From a virus, in IMG/VR virus record IMGVR_UViG_3300029702_000014, positions 1 to 42,877 of that record: 42,877 nucleotides of DNA; one strand, written 5' to 3'. Position numbers and translations under genes: made by a program. Of the stretch, positions 1 through 6,617 are shown one piece after another. How positions within the stretch are numbered: position 1 is the first letter of the stretch; every line of letters begins with the position of its first letter. The notes under the pieces were generated by a model. That model was not told the origin of the DNA and did no database searches. It worked only from the letters and a program-made list of their open reading frames with translations.

Positions 1-99
1 GGTACACTTCTTACATTTTGAAATTTTTTTCACTTGAAACAGACGCATATCAGACTTTCTGCCACAAACAGGGCACAATGCGGTACAAAAGAGGTCATT
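1..99. repeat. 99-nt terminal overlap identical to 42779..42877 (circular closure or short terminal redundancy)
   Basis: Direct comparison of the two window ends shows the same 99-mer, GGTACACTTCTTACATTTTG...AAAAGAGGTCATT. A minus-strand ORF reads through the junction in frame. Confidence 0.95.
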
Positions 100-387
100 C
101 CCTTTGACAGACGGATTTTTATAAACGTCAATAATTTTCCATCCATTGATGACCTGGCCGATGTACTGCTCCTTTCTTTTTTTCAAAAATTCCTGACTGC
201 GCTGCCCTGCCATGCGGCGATTTGCACAAGCCTGACAGCTTGTGCTTTTTCCGTTTTTAAGGGACTGCCTATATACATCTCTCACGGTGCCGCATTCGCA
301 GCGGCATTTTACATAGCCGCTCTTTTCGGATGTACCTATCACAATCCAGCTCCCAAAAGTTTGACCCGTCAAATCTTTTGCTACCAT
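1..387 (-). CDS. AP2-domain DNA-binding protein with two zinc-ribbon-like Cys motifs, N-terminal part. ATG is at 387; the ORF continues across the circular junction into 42446..42778 (239 aa total).
   Basis: My translation of the minus strand from ATG 387 gives MVAKDLTGQTFGSWIVIGTSEKSGYVKCRCECGT...SCQACANRR...CPVCGRK. This joins in frame to the track ORF 42446..42856 ((387-78) is divisible by 3). Confidence 0.8.
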   Translation of the reverse strand, partial: MVAKDLTGQTFGSWIVIGTSEKSGYVKCRCECGTVRDVYRQSLKNGKSTSCQACANRRMAGQRSQEFLKKRKEQYIGQVINGWKIIDVYKNPSVKGNDLFCTALCPVCGRKSDMRLFQVKKISKCKKCT

Positions 388-400
388 ACCGGAATCCCCA

Positions 401-718
401 TCAAATCAGCCCATAGTGCTCTGCCAACAAAAAGCGGAGATACACAGGGCACGCACGCTTCTCGCTGCACCAGTCCTGCACAGTGCGAAGCGGGATGCCC
501 ACCTGCTTTGCAAAACCGGTCTGCGACAGGCCAGTACAGGCCACCATCTCTCGCACGTTCATGCGGGAAACATCCCAGAGATGGGACAAGCGGACGGTCT
601 CGGCGTCCAGATCAAGGTGCCCTTCAAAATCGTCCGAGATGCTGAGGGTGACGTTACCGAGAAAAACTTCTTTCGGCTGCTTGGCAGCCATGCCAAAAAG
701 TTCTGCATTGCTGTACAT
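401..718 (-). CDS. Small helix-turn-helix protein (XRE/MqsA-like HTH in the C-terminal half), candidate autoregulator of the leftward operon
   Basis: RBS AAGGAAG lies 6 nt before ATG 718. The C-terminus NVREMVACTGLSQTGFAKQVGIPLRTVQDWCSEKRACPVYLRFLL reads as an HTH. Confidence 0.7.
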   Translation of the reverse strand: MYSNAELFGMAAKQPKEVFLGNVTLSISDDFEGHLDLDAETVRLSHLWDVSRMNVREMVACTGLSQTGFAKQVGIPLRTVQDWCSEKRACPVYLRFLLAEHYGLI

Positions 719-784
719 GGTTGACTTCCTTTCTTTCAGATGGTAATATATTTGCGCACCTCCATGGTGCGTCTTTCACAAAAT

Positions 785-826
785 CCCCTGTCAGATGTTG
801 CGAGCATCCGGCAGGGGATTTTTTTA
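785..826. terminator. Bidirectional intrinsic-terminator-like hairpin between two leftward genes
   Basis: A 13-bp stem with one mismatch (CCCCTGTCAGATG / CATCCGGCAGGGG) and a 7-nt loop. It is flanked by AAAAT on the left and ATTTTTTT on the right. The T tract is weaker on the minus strand. Confidence 0.55.
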
Positions 827-827
827 T

Positions 828-1154
828 TTACAGGTTGATCCAGTCCTCGTACTCCTTGAGTGTCTCAACATACTGTGGGTAGAGGCGGCGGATGATGACG
901 TCCTTCTCCATGTCATCCAGATCGCCCTGCATAAGAGCTTCGGACTGCTCTTTAGTCAGCTCCATATCTGCGGTGATTGTCCACTCGGCGTCATCCTTGC
1001 TATGCACAAGGGCTCCGTCTGCATCAATGTGAGCGTAGATCGTCCAGACGATTTCGCCGTCCTCGCAATCCATGGTCTTGTATTCGTCAGGCTCCACCTC
1101 GGTGCCGTTCTCCATGACCTTTGCGGCGAACTCTTCAGCGTTAAGGATCTTCAT
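828..1154 (-). CDS. Extremely acidic 108-aa protein of unknown function, first gene of the leftward operon
   Basis: RBS GGAGGT lies 8 nt before ATG 1154. By my count there are 29 Asp/Glu against 9 Lys/Arg. Confidence 0.8.
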   Translation of the reverse strand: MKILNAEEFAAKVMENGTEVEPDEYKTMDCEDGEIVWTIYAHIDADGALVHSKDDAEWTITADMELTKEQSEALMQGDLDDMEKDVIIRRLYPQYVETLKEYEDWINL

Positions 1155-1202
1155 ATTTTTTTACCTCCATGTTGTTGTGTGCTTGTGTCTTTCACTGTCT
1201 TT

Positions 1203-1231
1203 AGTGTACACGCGTTGCGTGCAATTGTCAA
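1203..1231 (-). promoter_or_regulatory. Sigma-70-type promoter for the leftward operon
   Basis: The minus strand reads TTGACA, a 17-nt spacer, then TACACT. The spacer is occupied by operator copy 1210..1224. Confidence 0.6.
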
Positions 1232-1266
1232 GACTTTTTTGAAAAATTTATACGCGTTGCGTGCAA
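1210..1266. promoter_or_regulatory. Two identical 15-bp operator-like repeats, ACGCGTTGCGTGCAA, at 1210..1224 and 1252..1266
   Basis: Exact direct repeat spaced 42 bp apart. Each copy holds the palindrome ACGCGT and the dyad TTGC-NN-GCAA. Confidence 0.65.
1225..1253 (+). promoter_or_regulatory. Candidate divergent rightward promoter sharing the -35 region with the leftward one
   Basis: TTGTCA, a 17-nt spacer, then TTATAC (or TATACG with an 18-nt spacer). The second operator copy overlaps the -10/+1 region. Confidence 0.35.
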
Positions 1267-1273
1267 ATACTTG

Positions 1274-1312
1274 AGCGCTCATACAGCCCTGTGCTGTGTG
1301 GGCGCTTTTTTA
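1274..1312 (+). terminator. Strong intrinsic terminator about 20 nt downstream of the candidate rightward promoter and upstream of the cargo cluster
   Basis: 13-14 bp stem between 1274-1286 and 1294-1306 (2-3 G-U pairs), 7-nt loop CCCTGTG, followed by TTTTTTATTT. Confidence 0.6.
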
Positions 1313-1388
1313 TTTGTCCTTCGTTGCGCGTTCCTTGTCTCTCCCGGCGGTTTAAAAAAGTACACTGGGCGCAAAGGGAGGGTGCACC

Positions 1389-1766
1389 ATGTGGCACAGA
1401 TTTAATCCAAACCCGCGCGGGAGCAGCGTCGGGGACTGCGTAGTGCGGGCGGTAGCTGCGGCCACCGGTCAGAGCTGGGAGCAGGCATATATTGCGCTGG
1501 CGCTCACCGGCTACGCCCTCGGCGATATGCCCAGCGCCAACCGCACATGGGGCGCATACCTCCAAAAACGCGGGTTCAAGCGCCGCATGGTGGAAGCAGA
1601 CTGCACCACCTGTTATACCGTGGCAGATTTTGCCCGGGAGTACCCGCGTGGCGTGTACGTGCTTGGCTGCTCCGGCCACGTTCTGACCGTGATCGACGGT
1701 GCGTGGTGGGACAGTTGGGACAGCGGCGCAGAATGCCCGATCTACTACTGGTATAAGGAGGAGTAA
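1389..1766 (+). CDS. Hypothetical 125-aa protein, tentatively a papain-fold Cys-His-Asp peptidase/amidase-like protein
   Basis: RBS AGGGAGGG lies 6 nt upstream. Cys sits in GDCVVRA, His in SGHVLTV and Asp in DSWDS, in papain-like order. This is motif reasoning only. Confidence 0.5.
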   Translation: MWHRFNPNPRGSSVGDCVVRAVAAATGQSWEQAYIALALTGYALGDMPSANRTWGAYLQKRGFKRRMVEADCTTCYTVADFAREYPRGVYVLGCSGHVLTVIDGAWWDSWDSGAECPIYYWYKEE

Positions 1767-1769
1767 ACG

Positions 1770-2219
1770 ATGCCTTACAATCCGTATGCGTATCAGATGC
1801 CGACATACTACGGCCAGCCAATGCCAGACAACCTCACTCAACTCAGGCAGGGAACAGGCTATCAGTCACCCATGATGCAGCAGCCGACAGCCCAGACAGC
1901 ACAAGCTGCGCCCTCCATCATCTGGGTGCAGGGAGAAGAGGGCGCAAAAGCCTATATGGTCGCCGCAGGCAACAGCGTGTTGCTGATGGACAGCGAAAAC
2001 AGCGCTTTTTACATCAAGAGCACCGACGCCAGCGGGATGCCGCTGCCTCTCCGCGTCTTTGACTACAAGGAACGCACCACGGCGACAAAAATGCCCCATC
2101 AGACGGCGCAGCAGCCCGGCGGGGAGTTTGTCACCCGAGCAGAGTTTGACGCTCTGGCAGCCCGCTGTGCGGCGCTCGAGAAGCAAGAGCCTGCAAAACC
2201 TGAAACGGAGGTCAAATAA
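1770..2219 (+). CDS. Hypothetical protein with a Pro/Tyr/Gln-rich N-terminus
   Basis: RBS AAGGAGGAG lies 6 nt upstream. The gene is 3 nt downstream of the previous stop. No recognisable catalytic motif. Confidence 0.7.
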   Translation: MPYNPYAYQMPTYYGQPMPDNLTQLRQGTGYQSPMMQQPTAQTAQAAPSIIWVQGEEGAKAYMVAAGNSVLLMDSENSAFYIKSTDASGMPLPLRVFDYKERTTATKMPHQTAQQPGGEFVTRAEFDALAARCAALEKQEPAKPETEVK

Positions 2220-2221
2220 GT

Positions 2222-2446
2222 ATGGCAAACTCTCTTTTTAACGCACTGGGCGGCGGTATGCCCGCCATGCCAAACCCTATGGGTCAGTTCGGGCAGATGA
2301 TGCAGCAGTTCCAGCAGTTCCGTGCAAACTTTCAAGGCGACCCGAAAGCAGAGGTGCAAAAGCTGCTGCAATCCGGCAAAATGTCACAAAACCAGCTGAA
2401 CCAGCTGCAGGCGATGGCGCAGCAGTTTCAGCAGTTTCTCCATTAA
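2222..2446 (+). CDS. Gln-rich 74-aa hypothetical protein
   Basis: RBS GGAGGT lies 9 nt upstream, tightly packed after the previous gene. QQFQQF motifs occur at both ends. Confidence 0.65.
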   Translation: MANSLFNALGGGMPAMPNPMGQFGQMMQQFQQFRANFQGDPKAEVQKLLQSGKMSQNQLNQLQAMAQQFQQFLH

Positions 2447-2509
2447 GTCGTAACCGTGGCCACGGTTCAAGCATAAAAATCATTCAAAACACACGAAAGG
2501 AGTACAAAA

Positions 2510-3286
2510 ATGTCTCTTTCTTCCGATTCTGCGGTTCTGACCATGCCCGTTCAGCCCGCAAACACCAACGGCAGCAACGGCTTTGGCTTTGGCAATGATG
2601 GCGCATGGTGGATCATCATCTTGTTCCTGTTTGCCTTCTGCGGCGGCTGGGGCGGCAACTGGGGCGGCAATGGCAACACCGGTGCCAGCGTCGTTGACGG
2701 CTACGTTCTGACCTCCGATTTTGCCAACATCGAGCGCAAGATGGATGGTATCAACAACGGCATGTGTGATGGCTTCTACCAGCAGGCGCAGCTTGTCAAC
2801 GGCGTGCAGCAGACCGTGAGCAACGGCTTTATGTCCGCAGAGATCAGCCGCGCAAACCAGCAGGCGGCGTTCATGCAGCAGCTGTTTGCCATGCAGATGC
2901 AGCAGCAGGAGTGCTGCTGCGAGAACCGCTCTGCCATTCAGGGCGTCAACTACAATTTGGCCACCCAGTCCTGCGAGACCCGGAACACGGTGCAGAACAC
3001 CACCCGGGACATCATCGACAACCAGAACCAGAACGCCCGCGCCATCCTTGACGCCCTGACCGCACAGCGCATCGAGGCAAAGGACGCAAAGATCGCTGAG
3101 CAGGGTCAGCAGCTGTTCGCAGCACAGCTTGCGGCATCTCAGGCAGCCCAGAACGAAACGCTCAAGGCCTACATGAGCGGTCAGCTGGCCTACTACAATC
3201 CGCGCCCCGTGCCCGCATTCCCGGTTCCTGCACCTTACCAGTACGGTAACTGCGGCACCGGTTGCGGCTGCGGCAGCTGCGCATAA
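2510..3286 (+). CDS. Membrane-anchored Gln/Asn/Cys-rich protein (one TM segment, Gly/Trp-rich flanks, ECCCE motif, CGTGCGCGSC tail)
   Basis: RBS AAGGAG lies 7 nt upstream. TM segment is AWWIIILFLFAFCGGWGG. A terminator follows at 3358..3385. Confidence 0.75.
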   Translation: MSLSSDSAVLTMPVQPANTNGSNGFGFGNDGAWWIIILFLFAFCGGWGGNWGGNGNTGASVVDGYVLTSDFANIERKMDGINNGMCDGFYQQAQLVNGVQQTVSNGFMSAEISRANQQAAFMQQLFAMQMQQQECCCENRSAIQGVNYNLATQSCETRNTVQNTTRDIIDNQNQNARAILDALTAQRIEAKDAKIAEQGQQLFAAQLAASQAAQNETLKAYMSGQLAYYNPRPVPAFPVPAPYQYGNCGTGCGCGSCA

Positions 3287-3357
3287 CCGAATCACGGCAA
3301 CTGACTGCAAATTGTATGTAGTCTGTTCAGCCCCTGAGCTGATTTTGCAAACCAGAG

Positions 3358-3385
3358 CGCCGGGGCAAAAGTCCCGGCGTTTTTC
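3358..3385 (+). terminator. Intrinsic terminator after the first cargo sub-operon
   Basis: Stem CGCCGGG / CCCGGCG (7 bp), loop GCAAAAGT, then TTTTT. Confidence 0.6.
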
Positions 3386-3404
3386 TATGAAAGGAGCCGA
3401 TAAA

Positions 3405-3827
3405 ATGGCCGAATTTTCTAATTCTAACATCGTCATCGTGGCGTCGGGTGAAAATCTTCCCCTGACAGAGACCGCGGTGAAAGCGCCTGCCTGCATCATG
3501 CACCGTGAGGGCAGCGGCCTTGTGACCATGCGGGGTCTGACCAATCAGTGCAAAGCACGCTTCAAGGTAAGTTTTGGCGGCAATATCGCCATTCCCACCG
3601 GCGGCACAGTTGGGCCCGTTTCCGTGGCGTTGGCTGTCGGCGGTGAGCCGCTGACCAGTGCGACTGCCATTGTCACCCCGGCGGCAGTCGAAAATTATTT
3701 CAATGTTTTCGTGTCCGCGTTCATCGAAGTGCCGCGCGGCTGCTGCGTGACCGTGGCGCTCAAAAATACCAGTACGCAGGCAGTCAGCATTGCAAACAGC
3801 AGTCTGATCGTTGAGCGGGTAGCATAA
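3405..3827 (+). CDS. Stand-alone BclA-C-terminal / C1q-TNF-like jelly-roll domain protein (140 aa, no collagen stalk)
   Basis: RBS AAAGGAG lies 8 nt before ATG 3405. Beta-strand-rich sequence ending NSSLIVERVA resembles the BclA C-terminus ...SASIIIEKVA as I recall it. Confidence 0.55.
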   Translation: MAEFSNSNIVIVASGENLPLTETAVKAPACIMHREGSGLVTMRGLTNQCKARFKVSFGGNIAIPTGGTVGPVSVALAVGGEPLTSATAIVTPAAVENYFNVFVSAFIEVPRGCCVTVALKNTSTQAVSIANSSLIVERVA

Positions 3828-3843
3828 GAAAGGAGATAAAGTC

Positions 3844-4245
3844 ATGCTGGATAAACTGAATCATCTGAAAGACGAAATGTGCGACGAGCTCATGGAACTG
3901 ACCGACAAAAAGAACCGCTCCCCGGGTGATGTTGAGATGATCGGCGAGATCGTGGACATCATTCTGGACATTCACCGCATCGAGGACTACTGCGAGGGCG
4001 GCGAGTACAGCCGTGCGGGCGAGTGGGAAGCTGACATGCGCGGGACTTTCGGCCGCGATGCCGGAAACGGTTACACCCGGGGCAACAGCTATGCCAACCG
4101 AGGCCGTCACTATGTGCGCGGGCACTACTCCCGCACGGATGGCCGTGAGCGCATGATCTCTGACATCGAGGACATGATGCAGGAAGCCACCGGCGCAGAG
4201 CGTGACGCCTACAAGCGTGCAGCTGACATCTTGCGCAACGCATAA
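3844..4245 (+). CDS. Hypothetical protein with helical ends and a central Gly/Arg/Tyr-rich segment
   Basis: RBS AAGGAGA lies 7 nt upstream. 133 aa. Confidence 0.7.
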   Translation: MLDKLNHLKDEMCDELMELTDKKNRSPGDVEMIGEIVDIILDIHRIEDYCEGGEYSRAGEWEADMRGTFGRDAGNGYTRGNSYANRGRHYVRGHYSRTDGRERMISDIEDMMQEATGAERDAYKRAADILRNA

Positions 4246-4263
4246 GGGAGGAGGGCGGCAGGC

Positions 4264-4593
4264 ATGGACATTGACGAGATCAATGAGCACATCCGAAAGC
4301 TCAAGTGCGAGGAAACCAGCTGGCAGAGCGTCAACAAGCTTGCCGCCCTCTGCACCGTGCGGGACGAACTGGAAGAAGCGCACGCACCTGAAACGCAGAC
4401 CCAGGCATTGCCGCCCGCGACTTATGCGGCGGCGTACTCCACGGCAGCGGAACCGCTAAGCGACTTTGTGGCGGCTGCCAGCTCTGTTCCTTTTGGCGGT
4501 CTGATGCAGGTACTTGACGAGCACATGAAGGCAATAAAGCTGGTGTACCCGAAAGAGTATGAGCTCGTAATGCGGAAGATAAGCGACTTGTAA
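4264..4593 (+). CDS. Hypothetical protein, last cargo gene before attP
   Basis: RBS GGGAGGAGGG lies 8 nt upstream. 109 aa. Confidence 0.65.
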   Translation: MDIDEINEHIRKLKCEETSWQSVNKLAALCTVRDELEEAHAPETQTQALPPATYAAAYSTAAEPLSDFVAAASSVPFGGLMQVLDEHMKAIKLVYPKEYELVMRKISDL

Positions 4594-4664
4594 AAAGGCA
4601 TAGAATGTGCTATTTTTACATAAGCTTCAGCGTTTGGACACGGGATGCATAGTCCAACAGAAAG

Positions 4665-4673
4665 CTAACAAAT
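4665..4673. repeat. CTAACAAAT, candidate arm-type integrase binding site on the P arm
   Basis: The same 8-9-mer recurs twice on the other side of the core (4847..4855 and 4859..4867). Confidence 0.4.
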
Positions 4674-4705
4674 TAATAATTATTCACGTTAAAACGCTAA
4701 ATAAA

Positions 4706-4755
4706 TTTGATTTGTAATCAGTGGGTTGCAGGTTCAACTCCTGTCACCAGCTCCA
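4706..4755 (+). other. attP core: 3' half of a tRNA-Thr(UGU)-like gene (anticodon arm through CCA)
   Basis: Anticodon loop TTTGTAA, variable loop GGGTT, T arm GCAGG-TTCAACT-CCTGT, acceptor 3' strand CACCAGC, then T and CCA. No 5' half is present. It lies next to the integrase. Confidence 0.7.
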
Positions 4756-4762
4756 AAAATAA

Positions 4763-4801
4763 ACGCACGAACGATAAAAAAGAATCGTCCGTGCGTTTTT
4801 C
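4763..4801 (+). terminator. Intrinsic terminator directly after the tRNA fragment; would terminate the reconstituted tRNA gene after integration
   Basis: 13-bp stem ACGCACGAACGAT / ATCGTCCGTGCGT with one mismatch, followed by TTTTT. Confidence 0.65.
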
Positions 4802-4807
4802 CTTTTG

Positions 4808-4825
4808 CTTGAAATGCCTTGAAAT
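4808..4825. repeat. Tandem CTTGAAAT x2 at 10-bp spacing in the P' arm
   Basis: Read directly. Possible accessory-factor (Xis or IHF-like) site. Confidence 0.3.
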
Positions 4826-4846
4826 CTCCTAAATGAACGTGATAGC

Positions 4847-4867
4847 CTAACAAACAATCTAACAAAT
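4847..4867. repeat. Two CTAACAAA(C/T) copies on the P' arm
   Basis: Copies at 4847..4855 and 4859..4867, matching 4665..4673. Confidence 0.4.
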
Positions 4868-6000
4868 CAGTACTTCATCTTCTGCATTTCCTGCAACAAA
4901 TAGGCCGGGTCGTTGTGGGACACGTACTTGTTGGCCGTGGTGGAGAAATTTTTGTGCCCAAGAATGGCCTGCACGGCGGTCTTTTCCAGGCCGCACTCCA
5001 CCATCTTACTGCTGGCCGTGTGGCGCAGCGTATGCGGATGCACCCCCTCTATGTGGCACTCCTGCATCAAGGCCCGAAACTTTGTAGCCACGTTGCGCTT
5101 GTCCAGCTTTGTGCCGGCCTTGGATGGAATCAGCCACTCACAGCCGCTATCAAGCATCCAAAAGGCAATGATCTTGTAAATGGGCTCAAGGATGGGGATG
5201 ATACGGTTCTTGCCTGCTTCTGTCTTTTCACCGCCCTGCATGTACCGCTCTTTCAGGTGCACATCCTCGCAGCGCATGGAAAGCAGCTCGTCGATGCGCA
5301 TGCCGGTATAAAGCAGCACCATTGCGATTTGCGCCGTCTGCCCAAATTTCGGGTCATTCTGTCGGATGCTGATCTGCTCGATCTCTTGTGCGGTCAGTGT
5401 GCGCTCTGCTTTTCCTGTAGCCGCCGGGAGCTGCAGCAGCATGGCGTAATTTTTGTTTATGATGTCCTGCGCCATTGCCCACTCGCATATCTGACTGAAA
5501 AGCGTGCGTTGCTTTTCGCAGGAGCTGCGGGAGAGACCCTTTTCAACCATCTGGTCAATCACTTGTTGATAATCTGCCGCTTTCAAGTCCCGCAATTGTC
5601 GGTCGTATAGCGGCGCAGCCTTTGCATAGGCCAGCTCGTACCCCTTTTGCATGTCCGTGCTGAGCTTGTCAAATTTGGGCTGCGATTTCCATTGGACATA
5701 GGCATCCGCAAAGGTGCACTTCAGACGCGCTGCTGGCGTGTTCTGAGCGTTGTAAGCGTCCAACGCTTGTACGGCTTCGCCTGCTGTTTCAAACGTCCCA
5801 AGAACGTCCCTTTGGGCTGTAAGCGCCACATACGGTCTTGCCCGCGCTCCACTCAGTTTATACACGCTGCCGCTGCCCTTGGGACGGCGGCGCTTTTTTC
5901 TTTGCTGCGGGGCGGCTTCCGGCTGCTTCTTCCCGCACCACGGACAAAAAGAAGCACCATCCGGGATCTCTTTCCGGCAGCATGGTCTCACGCATTTCAT
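4867..6000 (-). CDS. int: Tyrosine recombinase (phage integrase) with an N-terminal zinc-ribbon-like CxxC...CxxC
   Basis: RBS AAGGAG lies 6 nt upstream. C-terminal catalytic signature HTLRHT...ILGHKNFSTTANKYVSH. N-terminus CCRKEIPDGASFCPWCG. Adjacent to attP. Confidence 0.9.
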   Translation of the reverse strand: MKCVRPCCRKEIPDGASFCPWCGKKQPEAAPQQRKKRRRPKGSGSVYKLSGARARPYVALTAQRDVLGTFETAGEAVQALDAYNAQNTPAARLKCTFADAYVQWKSQPKFDKLSTDMQKGYELAYAKAAPLYDRQLRDLKAADYQQVIDQMVEKGLSRSSCEKQRTLFSQICEWAMAQDIINKNYAMLLQLPAATGKAERTLTAQEIEQISIRQNDPKFGQTAQIAMVLLYTGMRIDELLSMRCEDVHLKERYMQGGEKTEAGKNRIIPILEPIYKIIAFWMLDSGCEWLIPSKAGTKLDKRNVATKFRALMQECHIEGVHPHTLRHTASSKMVECGLEKTAVQAILGHKNFSTTANKYVSHNDPAYLLQEMQKMKY

Positions 6001-6003
6001 GGC

Positions 6004-6591
6004 TTACTCCTTTTTCTGCCCGATGTATCCGAAGGCACCATTTTCAGCAGCGGCCTTTCCGGCCTTGTAGTTGATCTTCAGGTCGTCAATGGGAGGTTGC
6101 GGATCGTCCGGGCATGGGTCAAGGCCCGCGATCTGCGCATAGGTATACTGGTCTATGATGGTTCCGCACACGCTGACCCGGTTATTGAGCGGGCAGTGCA
6201 GGTTTGCAGCTATCTCCGATATGACAGCAGGCGGGCTGCTGCCGTGACTGCCTTTCAGTATGAAGAGGAGTAACCTTTTCGTCAGCGACGGCAGATTTAC
6301 CACGAGACGGCGCAACTCCGCGTTTAGCTCCTCGTCGGCCTTGCCGTCATCCGGCACTTTGTACAGATCCGGGTGGAGCATCTCCATGAACATCGTGATG
6401 GGTGACACCCCGCACGCAGTGCACCAGTCCATGATCTCGTCACTGTCCGGGCTGGTGCAGCCTTTTTCCCAGCTCTGCACGGTGCGCTCTCCTTTTTCGA
6501 TGCGCCTTGCGATCTCCGCTTGGCTCAGGCCAGCAGACACCCGTGCTTTTGCAAGTGCTTTCCCGATTTGGCTCGCCGTAAAATAACTCAT
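6004..6591 (-). CDS. XRE-family HTH regulator with an uncharacterised about 120-aa C-terminal domain, co-transcribed with int
   Basis: RBS GGGGGTGA precedes ATG 6591. HTH reads LAKARVSAGLSQAEIARRIEKGERTVQSWEKG. The stop is 3 nt before the int start. Confidence 0.75.
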   Translation of the reverse strand: MSYFTASQIGKALAKARVSAGLSQAEIARRIEKGERTVQSWEKGCTSPDSDEIMDWCTACGVSPITMFMEMLHPDLYKVPDDGKADEELNAELRRLVVNLPSLTKRLLLFILKGSHGSSPPAVISEIAANLHCPLNNRVSVCGTIIDQYTYAQIAGLDPCPDDPQPPIDDLKINYKAGKAAAENGAFGYIGQKKE

Positions 6592-6617
6592 ACTTTCACC
6601 CCCATAAAACCAGTGTG

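Noticed and set aside
34-645. 203-aa plus-strand ORF at the left edge
   Set aside because: It is antisense to the AP2 gene (1..387) and the HTH gene (401..718). It has no RBS, and its product is Arg/Pro/Ala-rich with no motif.
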